A stretch of 64,000 nucleotides of DNA from Felis catus. Taxonomy: Eukaryota. The stretch's first letter is position 1, and each line of letters opens with the position of its first letter. Positions 38,477 through 50,689 of the stretch are shown piece after piece. The notes beneath the pieces were generated by a model. It saw only the letters and a list, made by a program, of their open reading frames with translations. It did not search any database and had not been told where the DNA came from. A program made the translations under genes and the position numbers. The DNA lies in the NCBI RefSeq assembly GCF_018350175.1, contig NC_058382.1, positions 49,106,001 to 49,170,000 on the forward strand, in the 5' to 3' direction.

Positions 38477-41400
38477 AAAAATAGAAATCTTTAAAAAAAT
38501 TTTTTTTAAAGAAGAGAGTAACAAAAATTCTCATCTATGAGTTTAAGAGCAGGTTTATGGTTTGTAATGTTTAAATGTTAATTCCTGTTCAATACATAAA
38601 ATATCTTAAATAAGTATCTACATTTTTTTTTTAAGTCCTTGTCAAAGATACACATTGAAGTAGTTAGAAAGTGAAATGACATGTATCTGGGACTTGCTTT
38701 AAAGGATGCCAGTCTCCCAACTCCTGTGCCATACAAACAAAATTAGTAGAGATAGTTGAAAGTGGGTGATGCATACCATGGAGAATCACCATACTACTCT
38801 ATTTATGTATATACTTGAAATTTTCCATAGCAGAAAGTTATTTATTTATTTGTTCATTTACTTACTTAATTACTTAATTTTAAGTACACTCCATACCCAG
38901 CATGGAGCCCAATGCAGGGTCTGAATTCACGATCCTAAGATCAAAACCTGAGCTGAGATCAAGAGTCAGATGCTAACCAACTGAGCCACCCAGATGCCCC
39001 ACAAAGTTTTTTGTTTTAAAACCCAACAAAAAACAACACAAATAAAAAGCTAAGAAAAACTATACACATAAGTAGTAAACTTTTCCCCAAAAACTAATGT
39101 CTCCATCAGAAACTTCTAAACACAAGATAATACTGGTCATTTCAGCCAAAATAAAGTATCTTAAAATTACTCTCAATACAAAGCATGTTTTATCTCTTTA
39201 TTAAATACTAACTAAACAGCAGTATCTTCTCTTTCTTTGGTATTATTATTCCTCCACCTGGTAGAATAGCCTAGAGTATATTTTTTCCTTTTTCCCCTTT
39301 ATACATCCTTGTTATATTTTTTTAATGACTAGAACTACCATTAGTTCTATATGTATATACAAGTATGTAAATATACATGAATGTATACACATATACATAT
39401 GTATATGTATATAAAAATAACTAGGACTACTATACTACCATTACTACTCTTACATCTATTATTTAATAGTGCACCCATCGGGTATACTTGACCTTTTAAA
39501 GTTTGTTTGTTTGTTTATTTATGTATTTTTATTTTGAGAGAGAGATGGAGAGCATGCAGGGGAGGAGCAGAGAGAGAGACAGAAAGAATCCCAAGCAGGC
39601 TCCACACTGTCAGTGCAGAGTCTGAAATCACAAACTGTGAGACCATGACCTGAGCCAAAGTCAAGATCAGAACACTTAACTGACTGAACTACCCAGGTGC
39701 CCCTATCCTTGACCTTTTAAAAAGCAGGACTCATCTGGGGCAGATGATCCAACTTCGGCTCAGGTCATGATCTAGCAGTCTGTGAGCCTGAGCCCCACGT
39801 CAGGCTCTGTGCTGACAGCTCAGAGCCTGGAGCCTGCTGCAATTCTGTGTCTCCCTCTCTCTCTCTGCCCCTACCTCGCTCACACTGTCTCTCTCTCAAA
39901 AATAAACATTAAAAAAAATTTTTTTTAAAAAAGCATGCTTCATCTGAGAGGATTAAAAAAAATCCCTCACATAACACATAACCTTCAAAATAATGGACAA
40001 AGTGAGGAAAAGCTGTGAACTATAGCCCATTTGCAAATTTACTATACTTTACACATAGATTTTTAATTTGTTGGCACATGATGCATTAAATAAACTGAAA
40101 GTATCAGTTGAAATTATTTAAAGGTAACCATAAATACCTGCAAATAACTTTTGGAAGTGAATTACTATAAAACTTTGAACACTAGACTACAGTACAACCT
40201 TAAAATATCTGAACTTAAGACTTAACACTATATACTCCCATCTTGTTTCAAAATAAAAACGTTTACTGGGGCGCCTGGGTGGCTCACTCGGTTGAGCTGC
40301 CGACTTTGGCTCAGGTCATGATCTCGCGGTGCATGAGTTCGAGCCCCACGTCGGGCTCTGTGCTGACAGCTCAGAGCCTGGAGCCTGTTTCCGATTCTGT
40401 GTCTCCCTCTCTCTCTGACCCTCCCCCATTCACGCTCTGTCTCTCTCTGTCTCAAAAATAAACAAACATTAAAAACAACATTTTTCAAAATAAAAATGTT
40501 TACTATACTAACATTTATTATTATTATTTTGTTATGTTTTATTTATTTATTTTGAGAGAGAGCGAGCAAGAGTGGGGAAGACGCAGAGAGAGAGGGCACG
40601 GAGCCTGACACAGGACTCAATCCCACAACCTTGGGATCATGACCTGTGCCAAAATCAAGAGTCAGATGCTCAACTGACTGGGCCACCTAGGCAACTCTAC
40701 TATACTACCATTTAAATACTCACACACTTTGCCTTTTCATAATTTTCATAGCAAGTACACAGAGAACAATCTTCTCCAAATTTGTATCCAAAAGGATAAA
40801 GAAGCACATTATGTCAACTTCCCTATCAAACAGTCCCACTTACCAAAAAGCAAAGACAAAACATATTCCATAATTTTACTTCAAATGTGCCTAGGCAGTT
40901 TATTTCTTTAATTCAGATATACTCTTTCAAACATATAAATGAGGTTTAACTAATTCTCAAACTAAGTGTGTTAAAATTTCCTTCTGCCATCTTTAAAGGA
41001 AGAAAAAGTAGTTTCAAAATAGTTCCACCTCCAGATGCTTGGCTGGCTCAGTCTGTAGAGCATGCAACTCTTGATCTCAGGATTGTGAGTTCAAGCCCCA
41101 CTTTGGATGTGGAGCCTACTTAAAACAGAAGAAAAAAAAAAAAAAAAAGGTTTCACCTCCTGAGAAATAACACAGTCATTCATGGTACTCTTCTTTCAAC
41201 TTTTAAGTTTATAAAATTATAGGAAAATTAATTAAATTGGAAATTTGGAAACCCTGCTCTCCAAAATACCCCACCTCCAAATTACATGACACCTTTTCTT
41301 TCTTCCTCTGGAGCTAAAACTGACTCCATTAGTTTATTCATCCTCAATCAGTCGGCAATATTTACTAAGTCTCAGCAATGAATTAGGTACTCTGGAAAGT

Positions 41401-43209
41401 TACAAAGGAAATATAGGAGCTACTAACTACCCTCAAGGAGTTTATATATCATCCCCATAAAGGAAAAAAAAACAACAAAACAACATAGTTACTGAAAAAT
41501 ATCTTTGCTGAGAATCTCACAGTCAATGTGGAACAGGGACTACATCTTCAAGCCAGGTTCTTTACACTAAGTAATGCAAGACAGTGTCCACAAAATTAAA
41601 CAGACTCCAAAAAGTGGCCAAATCTAAGTTATTTATGGATTACATATGCTGCTACACACTTCTACATGCATGACAAAGGAAGCCAGCTCCCATAAGTGGA
41701 GGTTTCCAAACGCCCCTAATGCACACAAAGAAAGAGACATGTACTCCATGCATGGGCCACTTTTTGCTACTTTCCCTAATAACATCCTGTTTCTGCCACA
41801 ACCACTAACAAAGTGTTCAGTCACCAATATTAGGGTCCTACTTTGAGGGAACAACATCTATTATATACCCTCAGAGACCAAACAGAAAACTCCAAAAAGC
41901 CTGACAGTTAAGAATCTTAGCTGTATCTACAAGAAAAGTAGCTGAAAAATAAGGAATAACAATGGATTATCCTTCTAGTCTTCAAGCTGTAGATGAGAAG
42001 TCATCTGCGGCCCCACATTTCTGTTGGCTCTGGAAACTTCCTTTCTGTCTTCTGATTATGTGTGTCTTTTCCTCTTGTGAACTACTCTGTATAGAATACT
42101 AGATAAAGCAGATACCACAGTGGGATGGGGGTAGGGGTGTACTGCCAAAGCTAGCAATTTTCTACAAACCAGTGGTCTTCCCATGATCATGAACACCCCA
42201 GACAATTCTGATACAATTCCCCAAATAAAACTGTTATCAAGAGCAGTTTCATTCTATTTGTCAACCTTTGGGCCTAATTCTATACACCTAAACCTTAAAA
42301 CAAAACAAACCCCTACCAGATTTGCTCCGACACTTTGATAATTGTCAAATATACTGCAGCATTAAATTTAGAAAGGACATTCTCTGTGTCACTTAACTGA
42401 ATCACGTTAAAGAATATCAAATCTAGATCTCATTAAGAGGTCCTGTTAAAATCATATTCAGACGTCAGAAAGGCAAGATCCCACAACCCAATCACAAATA
42501 CTGTATAGGTATTACAGCTTCGACTGCTGTCCCAACTTTTCAAGCTTTGGGACTCTAAATTACTTGGAGTAACAGCTTAAACTGGAGATGCACTACAAAT
42601 TGACCAAAAGAAATTAAGAAAATAAAAGACATACATTAGTTTCAGCACGTATTCATAGTAAGAATTTGCGAATTAGAAAAGAATAGGGTAAAGACAGTAA
42701 ATTCGATGTTTGGACTACAATACACATCAGAACAGAACCCGAGCTACCTAAACAAACCTTACCTACTGCCAATAAACAGAAGAGCGTTTCTTAACGGCTT
42801 AAGTACGACAACCATTTTTTTTTTCATGCTTAAAAGGGCTGCTACAAATTGTCCAAGTCGAAACAAATAGCAAAATTCTAAGCCGGTCTTCGGCGAGGAG
42901 CTACTGTGCTTAGAGCATCACACAAAAGACCGAAGCAAACATAAACACGCTCTGGGCCTTCGCAGATAGCGGCCAGGAGCCAGGGTCTGACTCCCAGACC
43001 CCCGCCCCGGCGAGGGAATGAGGAGTGGGGGTGGGGTCCTCTTCTCGGAATGCGCCGGGGAGCTAGCTAGGGACGGGGAGGGAAGGAGCGAGTGCAGCAC
43101 AGAGGAAGAGAGAGAAGCAGCGGACCGGCGTCAGCGGCTCCAAGGCCGGCAACACCCTCAGGCCCGCACCAGGCCTGGCCCTCCCGGCTCCGTCCCGCCT
43201 CCTCCTTAC

Positions 43210-43650
43210 CTCCCTCACGTCCTGCAGGCACTCGAGCACCGCCAGGTTGTTGCTCCAGGTGTGCTTGGGACACACACGGGTCACGTCCTCCCTGCAGGAC
43301 TCTTCCTCCGCTAGCTTCCAGCCCCCGCCAGCCCCGCCGGGCCCCGCTCCGCCCCGCCGGGCCGGAGGCCCACCCGCCGGGAAAGGCGGCTGCGGAGGCT
43401 GAGGCGGTTGCTGCGGTGGCTGCTGCTGGTGCTGGAGCTGAGATGACTGAGGCATCTGGAGCAGCGGCTGACCCGCCTGCCCGCCTCCTCCAGTCTGCCC
43501 TACAAAGGACGGAAAGTTGGCCCCCGGGCCCTGGCCCTGGCCGTGGCCGCCCTGGCCCGGGAGTTTCTGGGCCCCGGCCGCCGCGAGCAGCAGCAGCTGC
43601 AGCGCCGCCGACAAGCGGAACATCCTCCGTACACGTCCACACGCCGCCAT
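43210..43650 (-). CDS. GLG1: GLG1 coding exon 1 (147 codons: signal peptide, Gly/Gln/Pro-rich region, start of first Cys-rich GLG1 repeat)
   Basis: Translation MAACGRVRRMFRLSAALQLLLLAAAGAQ...QPPFPAGGPPARRGG...WKLAEEESCREDVTRVCPKHTWSNNLAVLECLQDVRE matches the known GLG1 N-terminus. ATG in AAGATGG context at 43650-43648; phase-0 donor GAG|GTAAGG at 43210/43209. Confidence 0.96.
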
Positions 43651-43725
43651 CTTGGGTCCGCGGCGAGCTCGACGCACCCGCCGGCGCCGCGTATTTAAAT
43701 GAGGGGGCGGGGCGCGGGCGGGGCC
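43646..43725 (-). promoter_or_regulatory. GLG1: GLG1 core promoter: GC boxes, TATA-like element, YY1-like motif over start codon
   Basis: Tandem GGGGCGGGG/GGGCGGGG (43703-43723), an isolated AT-rich TATTTAAAT (43692-43700) about 45 nt upstream of the ATG, and CCAAGATGGCGGC spanning the ATG. Confidence 0.65.
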
Positions 43726-44617
43726 CGGTGGGGCCCACCCGAGCCCCTCCTCTGCTGGCGCCGACCGGGGTACTGAGGGCAGAGCCCCCGAGGAGGCTGC
43801 GCTTGAAACGGCCCACGCCCTGGGCCTTAGAGGCTCTTTGCCGGGGAAATTGCTGGAGTTCCTTAAAAAGCCTGGGCAGGGCGGCTATGAATAATTCCCT
43901 CGGCTGTCGTCACAGGAGAATAAAAAGGAATTGGGATTGCCACAACCAAGATGGCCGGTAGAGTATGTCGCCTGTTCAGTGACGGGGGTAGGTGGGGGGA
44001 AAACAAAAACAAAAAACTTTGTGTGTAGACGTGAACTTTACACGATCAGGTGTATTCCGAAACCTGAGAGTCTCTTCTTGCATCTCTCCGTGCTGCCTTC
44101 CACCTGCCTCAGAACCTTTCTTACCCAGGGAAGAAGGCAGCATTGGATAAGGGGTAGGAGCCCCGGTTAGGAGCACAGGTTCCGAATTAAGGAAAGACCC
44201 GGTTATAATCTTTGCTGCTCTGAAGACTAGGAAACCCTTTAACTTCTGAGCCTTATTCTTCTCGTCCCATGAAGAAGAGGAGGAGCTCTAACGTAAAGTA
44301 TAATTGTGAAGTTTAGAAATAATAATAAGGAAAGTGCCTGGCCCACAATATAGAATTCAAAAAGTTATAGCCAATACTATGAATAAGCTGGGAAGCCTTT
44401 TGCGCCTGAGTCCCGACTGTAGACTAGAACTTAACCTCCTGTTTAAAGGAGGAGAAGGGCCGCCTGGGTGGCTCAGTTGGTTAAGCTTCCAACTTTGGCT
44501 CAGGTCATGATCTCAAGGTTCATGGGTTTGAGCCCCGTGTGTGGCTCTGTGCTGACAACAGGGAGCCTGGAGCCTGCTTCAAATTCTGTATCTCTTTCTC
44601 TCTGCCCCTCCCCTGCC

Positions 44618-44653
<36 letters not shown>

Positions 44654-46154
44654 AAAAATAAACATTAAAAAAAAATAAAAATAATAATAAAGGAGGAGAA
44701 GAAAAAAGATCTTTGAGGCCTCAAGTTGCTCAGGGTGAACTGTGCTTACCCGAAAGCAGCATCTTGGGCACTTTAGGGAATGGTTGATTCACTTCACACT
44801 GGTGTCCCTCCCTCTCCTTAAGAGATAGGATATGTCCTTAAGAGATAGAATACCTTCTCAAAGGTCTACACATCCATTGTGTCATTTGAGCCTTGTATCA
44901 GGCCTGGGTTGGATTCTAATTCAACTGAGGAATAGCACAGAGGAATGGGCAGTGAAGATCAGATCAGACATAACTAGTCTAAAAAGCCAGGTGGACTCAG
45001 GGAACCCATAAGGATCCCCTGAGATTGAGAATGTTCTGGGGGTACAAACTGCCCACTTTGGCTGACAGCAGGCCTCTATCTCTGGGAATGAGGGTGTGTT
45101 GGCCTCTCTGGCAACACTCACCCCTGCTGATGCCATAAAATGGTCCTGAGGCTGCTGCTGAACTTCAGCATTGACTAAGTCAGCCCAGGGTAAGCCACAT
45201 AAATGTACATATTCATGAACAGATACATGGCATAGGTAAGTTGTCAGCAGGCTAGAGTCATCAGAAGTTCTTAAAAAGTCACTAAGGGCCATTAATTTTC
45301 AGTAATGGGTCTGTCTGCATTGCACTCAGACAAGTGGGAGATTATTTTAAACTAATTTAAGGCTGGGGGCACCTGGCTTATTCAGTCAGAAGAGCATGTG
45401 ACTCTTAATCGCAAAGTCAGGAGTTTGAGCCCCACGTTGCATGTAAAGATTACTTAAATAAATAAAACTTTTTAAAAAATTTAAAAGATAAATAGTTTAA
45501 GGCTAGCAGTTGACAGTCTGTTAAAAGAAGCCAGCAGTTGCCTATCTCTCAGCCTTACTGAGGAAACCCCATACCCAGCCACAGATTGCCTCTGAAGATA
45601 GGGAGGAGTGTATGTGCTGATCTTGAAATCACAATGACCAAGAAGCGAGAAACCCAGAGAAATCTGGGAACCTGGCCAGCCCAGACTGTGTTAGGCAAGT
45701 CTAGACTTTATATAAGGCACAAACCCCTGAGCCAGTGGGAAGAGGGTTGACCTAACCTGGGTCTCCTGACCTCAGTGACTTTTCAGTACAAAATAGACTG
45801 TCCCTATCACAAACTCTGAATTCAGTTTACCCTTTATTGTACCTTTTGTTTCTTGTTCGTCACTTCCTTGATGCACTCAATATGCATAGGTTGAGTTTGG
45901 GTTGTTTTGTTTTGTTTTGTTTATGCCAGGCATTGCTCAAAAACTGGCTGAAATAAACAGTAAGACAATAAACAAAGAGCAAGATCATTTCAGATGGTTT
46001 AAGTGCTCTGAAGAAAATAAAAGGTATGCGCGGTGGCTGAGGCAGGGAGGGTTTTTGTGGAAAGGCAGGTGGGGAAAGGCTTTCTGAGTGATAACTGAAC
46101 TAAGAGCCAATTGGCATACAGATGCCAACCATATAAAACATCTGGATCTCAAGT

Positions 46155-46514
46155 TGGCTTAGCCTACTCAGGCTGCTATAACAAAATATCACAGACCGGG
46201 TGGCTTATAAACAATAGACATTTGTTTCTCACAGTTCTGGAGGTGGGAAGTCCGAGATCAGAGGGCTAGTATGGCCAGGTTCTGGGGAAGCCTCTTCTGG
46301 GTTGCAGACTGCTCACTCCTCGCCATGTTCTCATACAGTGGAAGGAGCTAGGGAGTTCTCTGGGGTTCTCGATAAGAACACTAATCCCATTCATGAGAGC
46401 TTTCCTCTCGCGACCTAAGCACCTCCAAAAGGTCTATCTCCTAATATAATCACATTGGCTATCAGTATTTCCGCATATAAGTTTAGGGCAGACACAAACA
46501 TTTAGACCATGGCA
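46155..46514 (-). mobile_element. MLT1A-like MaLR solo LTR (inside an L2)
   Basis: GGCTGCTATAACAAAATATCACAGACCGGGTGGCTTATAAACAATAGACATTTGTTTCTCACAGTTCTGGAGG...GACACAAACATTTAGACCATGGCA. Confidence 0.85.
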
Positions 46515-48806
46515 AAAATGTTCAGAAGCAGAGAGTAACAAGTTGAAAACCCTGGCATGGGAATAAGCTTTCAAAATAAAGACCTATATGGCTGACTTGA
46601 AATGAGGAAAGAAGAGAATAGAGGAAGGAGTCAGAGAACTGGTCAGAGGCAGATCATGGAGGGCCCTGTAGACCCTATATATCCATGTAATTGGGGAGGA
46701 TTCTGATTCCAAACAAAGAGTTTGTTTTCCCACTGAAAGAAAATCATAAAAGCTAGACAACATACATAAAATATTTTTGAACGGCACCTGGGTGGCTCAC
46801 TTGGTTAAATGATCGGCTCTTGATTTCAGCTCAGGCTGTGATCTCATGATCCGTGAGTTCGAGACTGGGAGTGGGGTCTGCCTGACAGTGTGGAGCCTGC
46901 TTGGTATTCCGCCTCCCTCTCTCTCTCTCCCCCTCCCCTGCTTGCTGTCTGTTTCTCTCAAAATGAATAAAAGTAAACTTAAAGGGGCACCTGGGTGGCA
47001 CAGTCAGTTAAGCATCCAACTCTTGATGTCAGCTCAGGTCATGATCTCATGGTTCGTGAGTTCAAGCCCCACATCAGGCTCTGTACTGATAGCGCGGAGC
47101 CTGCTTGGGATTCTGTCTCTCCCTCTCTCTCTGCCCCTCCCCTGCTTGTGCTCTCTCTCAAAATAAATAAATAAACTTAAAAAAATAAGAAAATTAAAAA
47201 AAATAAAAAATAAATAAACTTAAAAAAAAAGTTTAAAATGTCTTTGAAGACATTAGAAGTAATTCAGGGGCACCTGGGTGGCTAGTCGGTTGAGAGTCCG
47301 ACTGCGGCTCAGGTCATGATCTTGTGGTTTGTGGATTCCAGCCCTGTATGGGGCTCTGTGCTGACAGCTCAGAGCCCCCGGAGCCTGCTTCAGATTCTGT
47401 CTCCCTCTCTTTGCCCCTCCCATGCTCGAGCTCTGTCTCTCTCTCTCTCTCTCTCTCTCAAAAATAAACATTAAAAAAAAATGTTTTTAAAAGAAATAAC
47501 AAATGCAAGGTCTACAATCTTTGAGAAAAGGGAATTCCATAGCCCAGATTTTTTTCAGAGTTGTACTATCCAAATTGTGGCTCAAAAGAAGTGAGCCCAT
47601 ACAGAAAGCAGCAATCTCATAGGGCTGAAAATACACAGGTACAAGTTCAAAGCACCCAATGTGTCTGGGGCTTAAGAGTCAAAATACTGGAGAGAAGAAA
47701 ACCACAGAGAAAGAGCCAAAAATCGGCAAATACATTTCTCTCAAGTCTCTGGCTGACTCCTAAGCTGTGCAAGCACAGAGTGAGACTCCGCAAACTCAGA
47801 AGCAAACAATAGCTGGGAAAGCAATTAACTGAGAGCGTTTTCAGGAGCCTCATGTGTACTAAAGAAAGAAATACAAGTTAGAGTTTAAAGCCGGCTGACC
47901 CACAGAGGCCTTGGTAAACACCTCAGGCTTTAAACTGGAAGGGTTACACCCTGGGAACAAAGGCCACACCCCAGGAGAAAGGACAACACCCGAGGAGTGA
48001 GGATACTGGCCCAGAAGAAAAGGCAAAATTACAATAGTTCAACCCTAATAAAAACCTGCCTCCGTGGGGTCTAAGTGACCCACCAGTAAGAAGAAAACAT
48101 AATCCTTCTGGAGACAGATAACATCATCGAAAGCCTCTACAACTTTTATTTATTTTTATTTTTATTTTAAGATGTTTTTAAATGTTTATTTATTTGAGAG
48201 AAAGAACACACACACGTGGGGGGGGGGTGGCAGAGAAAGGGGGACAGAGGATCCAAAGTGGGCTCTTGCTGACAGCGGAGAGCGCAATGCGAGAGGCTCA
48301 ACTCCAAAACCGTGACATCATGAACTGAGCCAAAGTCGGTGCTTAACTGACTGAGCTACCCAGGTGCCCTGCCTCTACAATTTTTAACCTGCATGATCCA
48401 GCACTGGATCAAAAATTATGGGGCCTGCTAAAAACAAAACAAAACTGAACTAAATAACCAAAACCAAAAAGAACAAAAAAGTCAACAAAAGCAAACTCCC
48501 TATGATTCAGATATTGGATTTAATCAGATAAGGACTTTAAAATAGTTGTGACTAATAGAAAAGATAAAAGATAAAATAGGGGCGCCTGGCAGGCTCAGTC
48601 AGTGGAATGTGTGACCCTTGATCTCAGGGTTGTGAGTTCGAGCCCCACCTTGGGTGCAGAGATTATTTTTTTTTTAAATCTTAAGAGAAAGAGAAGGTAA
48701 AATAGATGACAAAGAGAGCATTTCAACAGAAAATTGGATTCTCTACAAATAATCAAATGGACGTTCTAGAACTGAATTAAAATTCCTTAGATGATTTTAA
48801 CATCAG

Positions 48807-49705
48807 TGCCTTAATCTGTTTGGGCTGCTGTAACACAGTACCATAGACTGGGTGGCTTAAAACAATAGAAATGTATTTCTCACAGTTCTGGAGGCTGCGA
48901 GTCCAGGATCCAGGTGCTGGCAGATTTCGTGCCTGGCGAGAGCCCGCTTCCTGGTTCACGGACAGCCCCATCTTCTTGCTATAAACCTCACTCGGCATAA
49001 AGGCGCTAGGGAGCTCTCTGGGGTCTCTTCTAAGACACTGTTCCCATTCATGAGACCTCTGTGTACCCTCATGAAAATCAAAGAGAAAGAAAAACACTGT
49101 TTAATGTTTTTATTTTCTTTTAAGTTTTAAGTTTTTTAAGTTTATTCATTCACACCTGATAGAGCGCAAGCCGGGGAGGGGCAGGGGGAGAGAGAGAGAG
49201 AGAGAGCAAGAAACCCAGACAGGCTCCGCACTGCTAGCACCGGGCCCAATGGGACACGGGGCTTGGGCTCACTAACTGCAAGATCATGACCTGAGCCAAA
49301 GCCAGGTGCTCAACCAACTGAGCCACCCTAGCGCCCAGAAAGAAAAAACTCTTAAAAACAAAGACACATCATTTTCAAAGGAGCAGTAACGTTAATATCT
49401 GACTTTTCAGGGGCGCCTGGGTGGCGCAGTCAGTTAAGCGTCCGACTTCAGCCAGGTCACGATCTCGCGGTCCGTGAGTTCGAGCCCCGCGTCAGGCTCT
49501 GGGCTGATGGCTCGGAGCCTGGAGCCTGTTTCCGATTCTGTGTCTCCCTCTCTCTCTGCCCCTCCCCCGTTCATGCTCTGTCTCTCTCTGTCCCAAAAAT
49601 AAATAAACGTTGAAAAAAAAAAATTAAAAATATCTGACTTTTCAGTAGAAACTATGAAGTTAGGATTTCATAGTTGGGGAGGGGACACAAACAGTCTATA
49701 TGGCA
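48807..49705 (-). mobile_element. Second MLT1A-like LTR, split (48807-49074 and 49660-49705)
   Basis: Homologous to 46155-46514 (ACTGGGTGGCTTAAAACAATAGAAATGTATTTCTCACAGTTCTGGAGG); resumes at TTAGGATTTCA...GGGGACACAAACAGTCTATATGGCA. Confidence 0.8.
49410..49628 (+). mobile_element. Young cat-type SINE (SINEC_Fc-like)
   Basis: Perfect TSD AATATCTGACTTTTCA (49394-49409/49629-49644). Confidence 0.95.
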
Positions 49706-50689
49706 GAGACAGAATTATTGGAGGGAAACAGGTCAATAGAAAATATCCAAAAGGAAGCACAGAAAGAATAAAAAGATTTTTAAAAAGGACAGAGTGGAAG
49801 AGATACATGGGACACAGTCAAAAGTTCTAACATCTAGGGGCGCCTGGGTGGCTCAGTTGGTTAAGCGTCCGACTTTGGCTCAGGTCATGATCTCATGGTT
49901 CGTGGGTTTGAGCCCCACATAGGGCTCTATGCTGACAGCTCGGAGCCTGGAGCCTGCTTCGGATTCTGTGTCACCCTATTTCTCTCTGCCCCTCCCCCGC
50001 TCACGCTCTGTCTCTGCCTCTCAAAAATAAATAAATGTTAAAAAAAAAAGTTCTGGGTACCTGGGTGGCTCAGTCAGTTAAGCGTCTGACTTCGGCTCAG
50101 GTCATGATCTCGCAGTTTGTGAGTTCAAGCCCCACGTTGGGTTTGTGCTGACAGCTCAGAGCCTGGAGCCTGCTTCGGATTCTGTGTCTCCCTGTCTCTG
50201 CCTCTCCCATGCTCGTGCTCTGTGTCTCTTTGTCTGTCAATAATAAATAAACGTTAAAAAAATTTTTTTTTAAGTTCTAACATCTATATAACTAGAATCC
50301 CAAGAGGAGAGGAGAAAGGTAGTGGCACAGCTCAATATCTGAAGAGACATGCTTTGAATTTTCCCAAACTGACAGGTATCAACCTTTGGATTCAAGAAGT
50401 TCCATGAGCCCTAAGCAGTTAAACACAAAGAAAACCACATCTTAGTACATCATCATGAAACTGCTGAAAATCAAAAAGAAAGAAAAAATCTTAAAAGCGG
50501 ATGAAGACATATTATCTTCAAAGTAGCACTAACACTAATATCTGACTTTTCACTAGAAACTACGGAAGCCAGAAAGCAGTAGAATGACATACTTTAAATA
50601 CTGAAAGAAAAAAAAAAAAAACCCACAAATTATTGCTAACCTGGAATTGTACACCCAGAGAACGTGTACTTCATAAATGAAAGTAAATT

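Larger units (their letters stand above)
1..43209 (-). other. GLG1: GLG1 intron 1 (partial, continues beyond window start)
   Basis: Follows the exon-1 donor. No exon encoding the expected next residues (PENEISSDCNH-like) was found by eye; the region is AT-rich and repeat-dense. Confidence 0.8.
42950..43990. promoter_or_regulatory. GLG1: CpG island covering GLG1 promoter and exon 1
   Basis: Abrupt switch to very GC-rich, CpG-dense sequence compared with the CpG-poor flanks. Confidence 0.92.

Noticed and set aside
39389..39408. Perfect 20-bp palindrome ACATATACATATGTATATGT
   Set aside because: Part of a low-complexity TA/CA tract where palindromes arise trivially.
43063..43209. Read-through extension of the GLG1 ORF (VRRRRDGAG...)
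   Set aside because: Lies past a canonical GTAAGG donor; intronic.
43092..43961. 289-aa plus-strand ORF and 249-aa alternative-frame minus-strand ORF over exon 1
   Set aside because: Stop-poor shadow frames of a very GC-rich CpG island; non-ATG starts, low-complexity Ala/Pro/Arg/Gly content, no recognisable domain.
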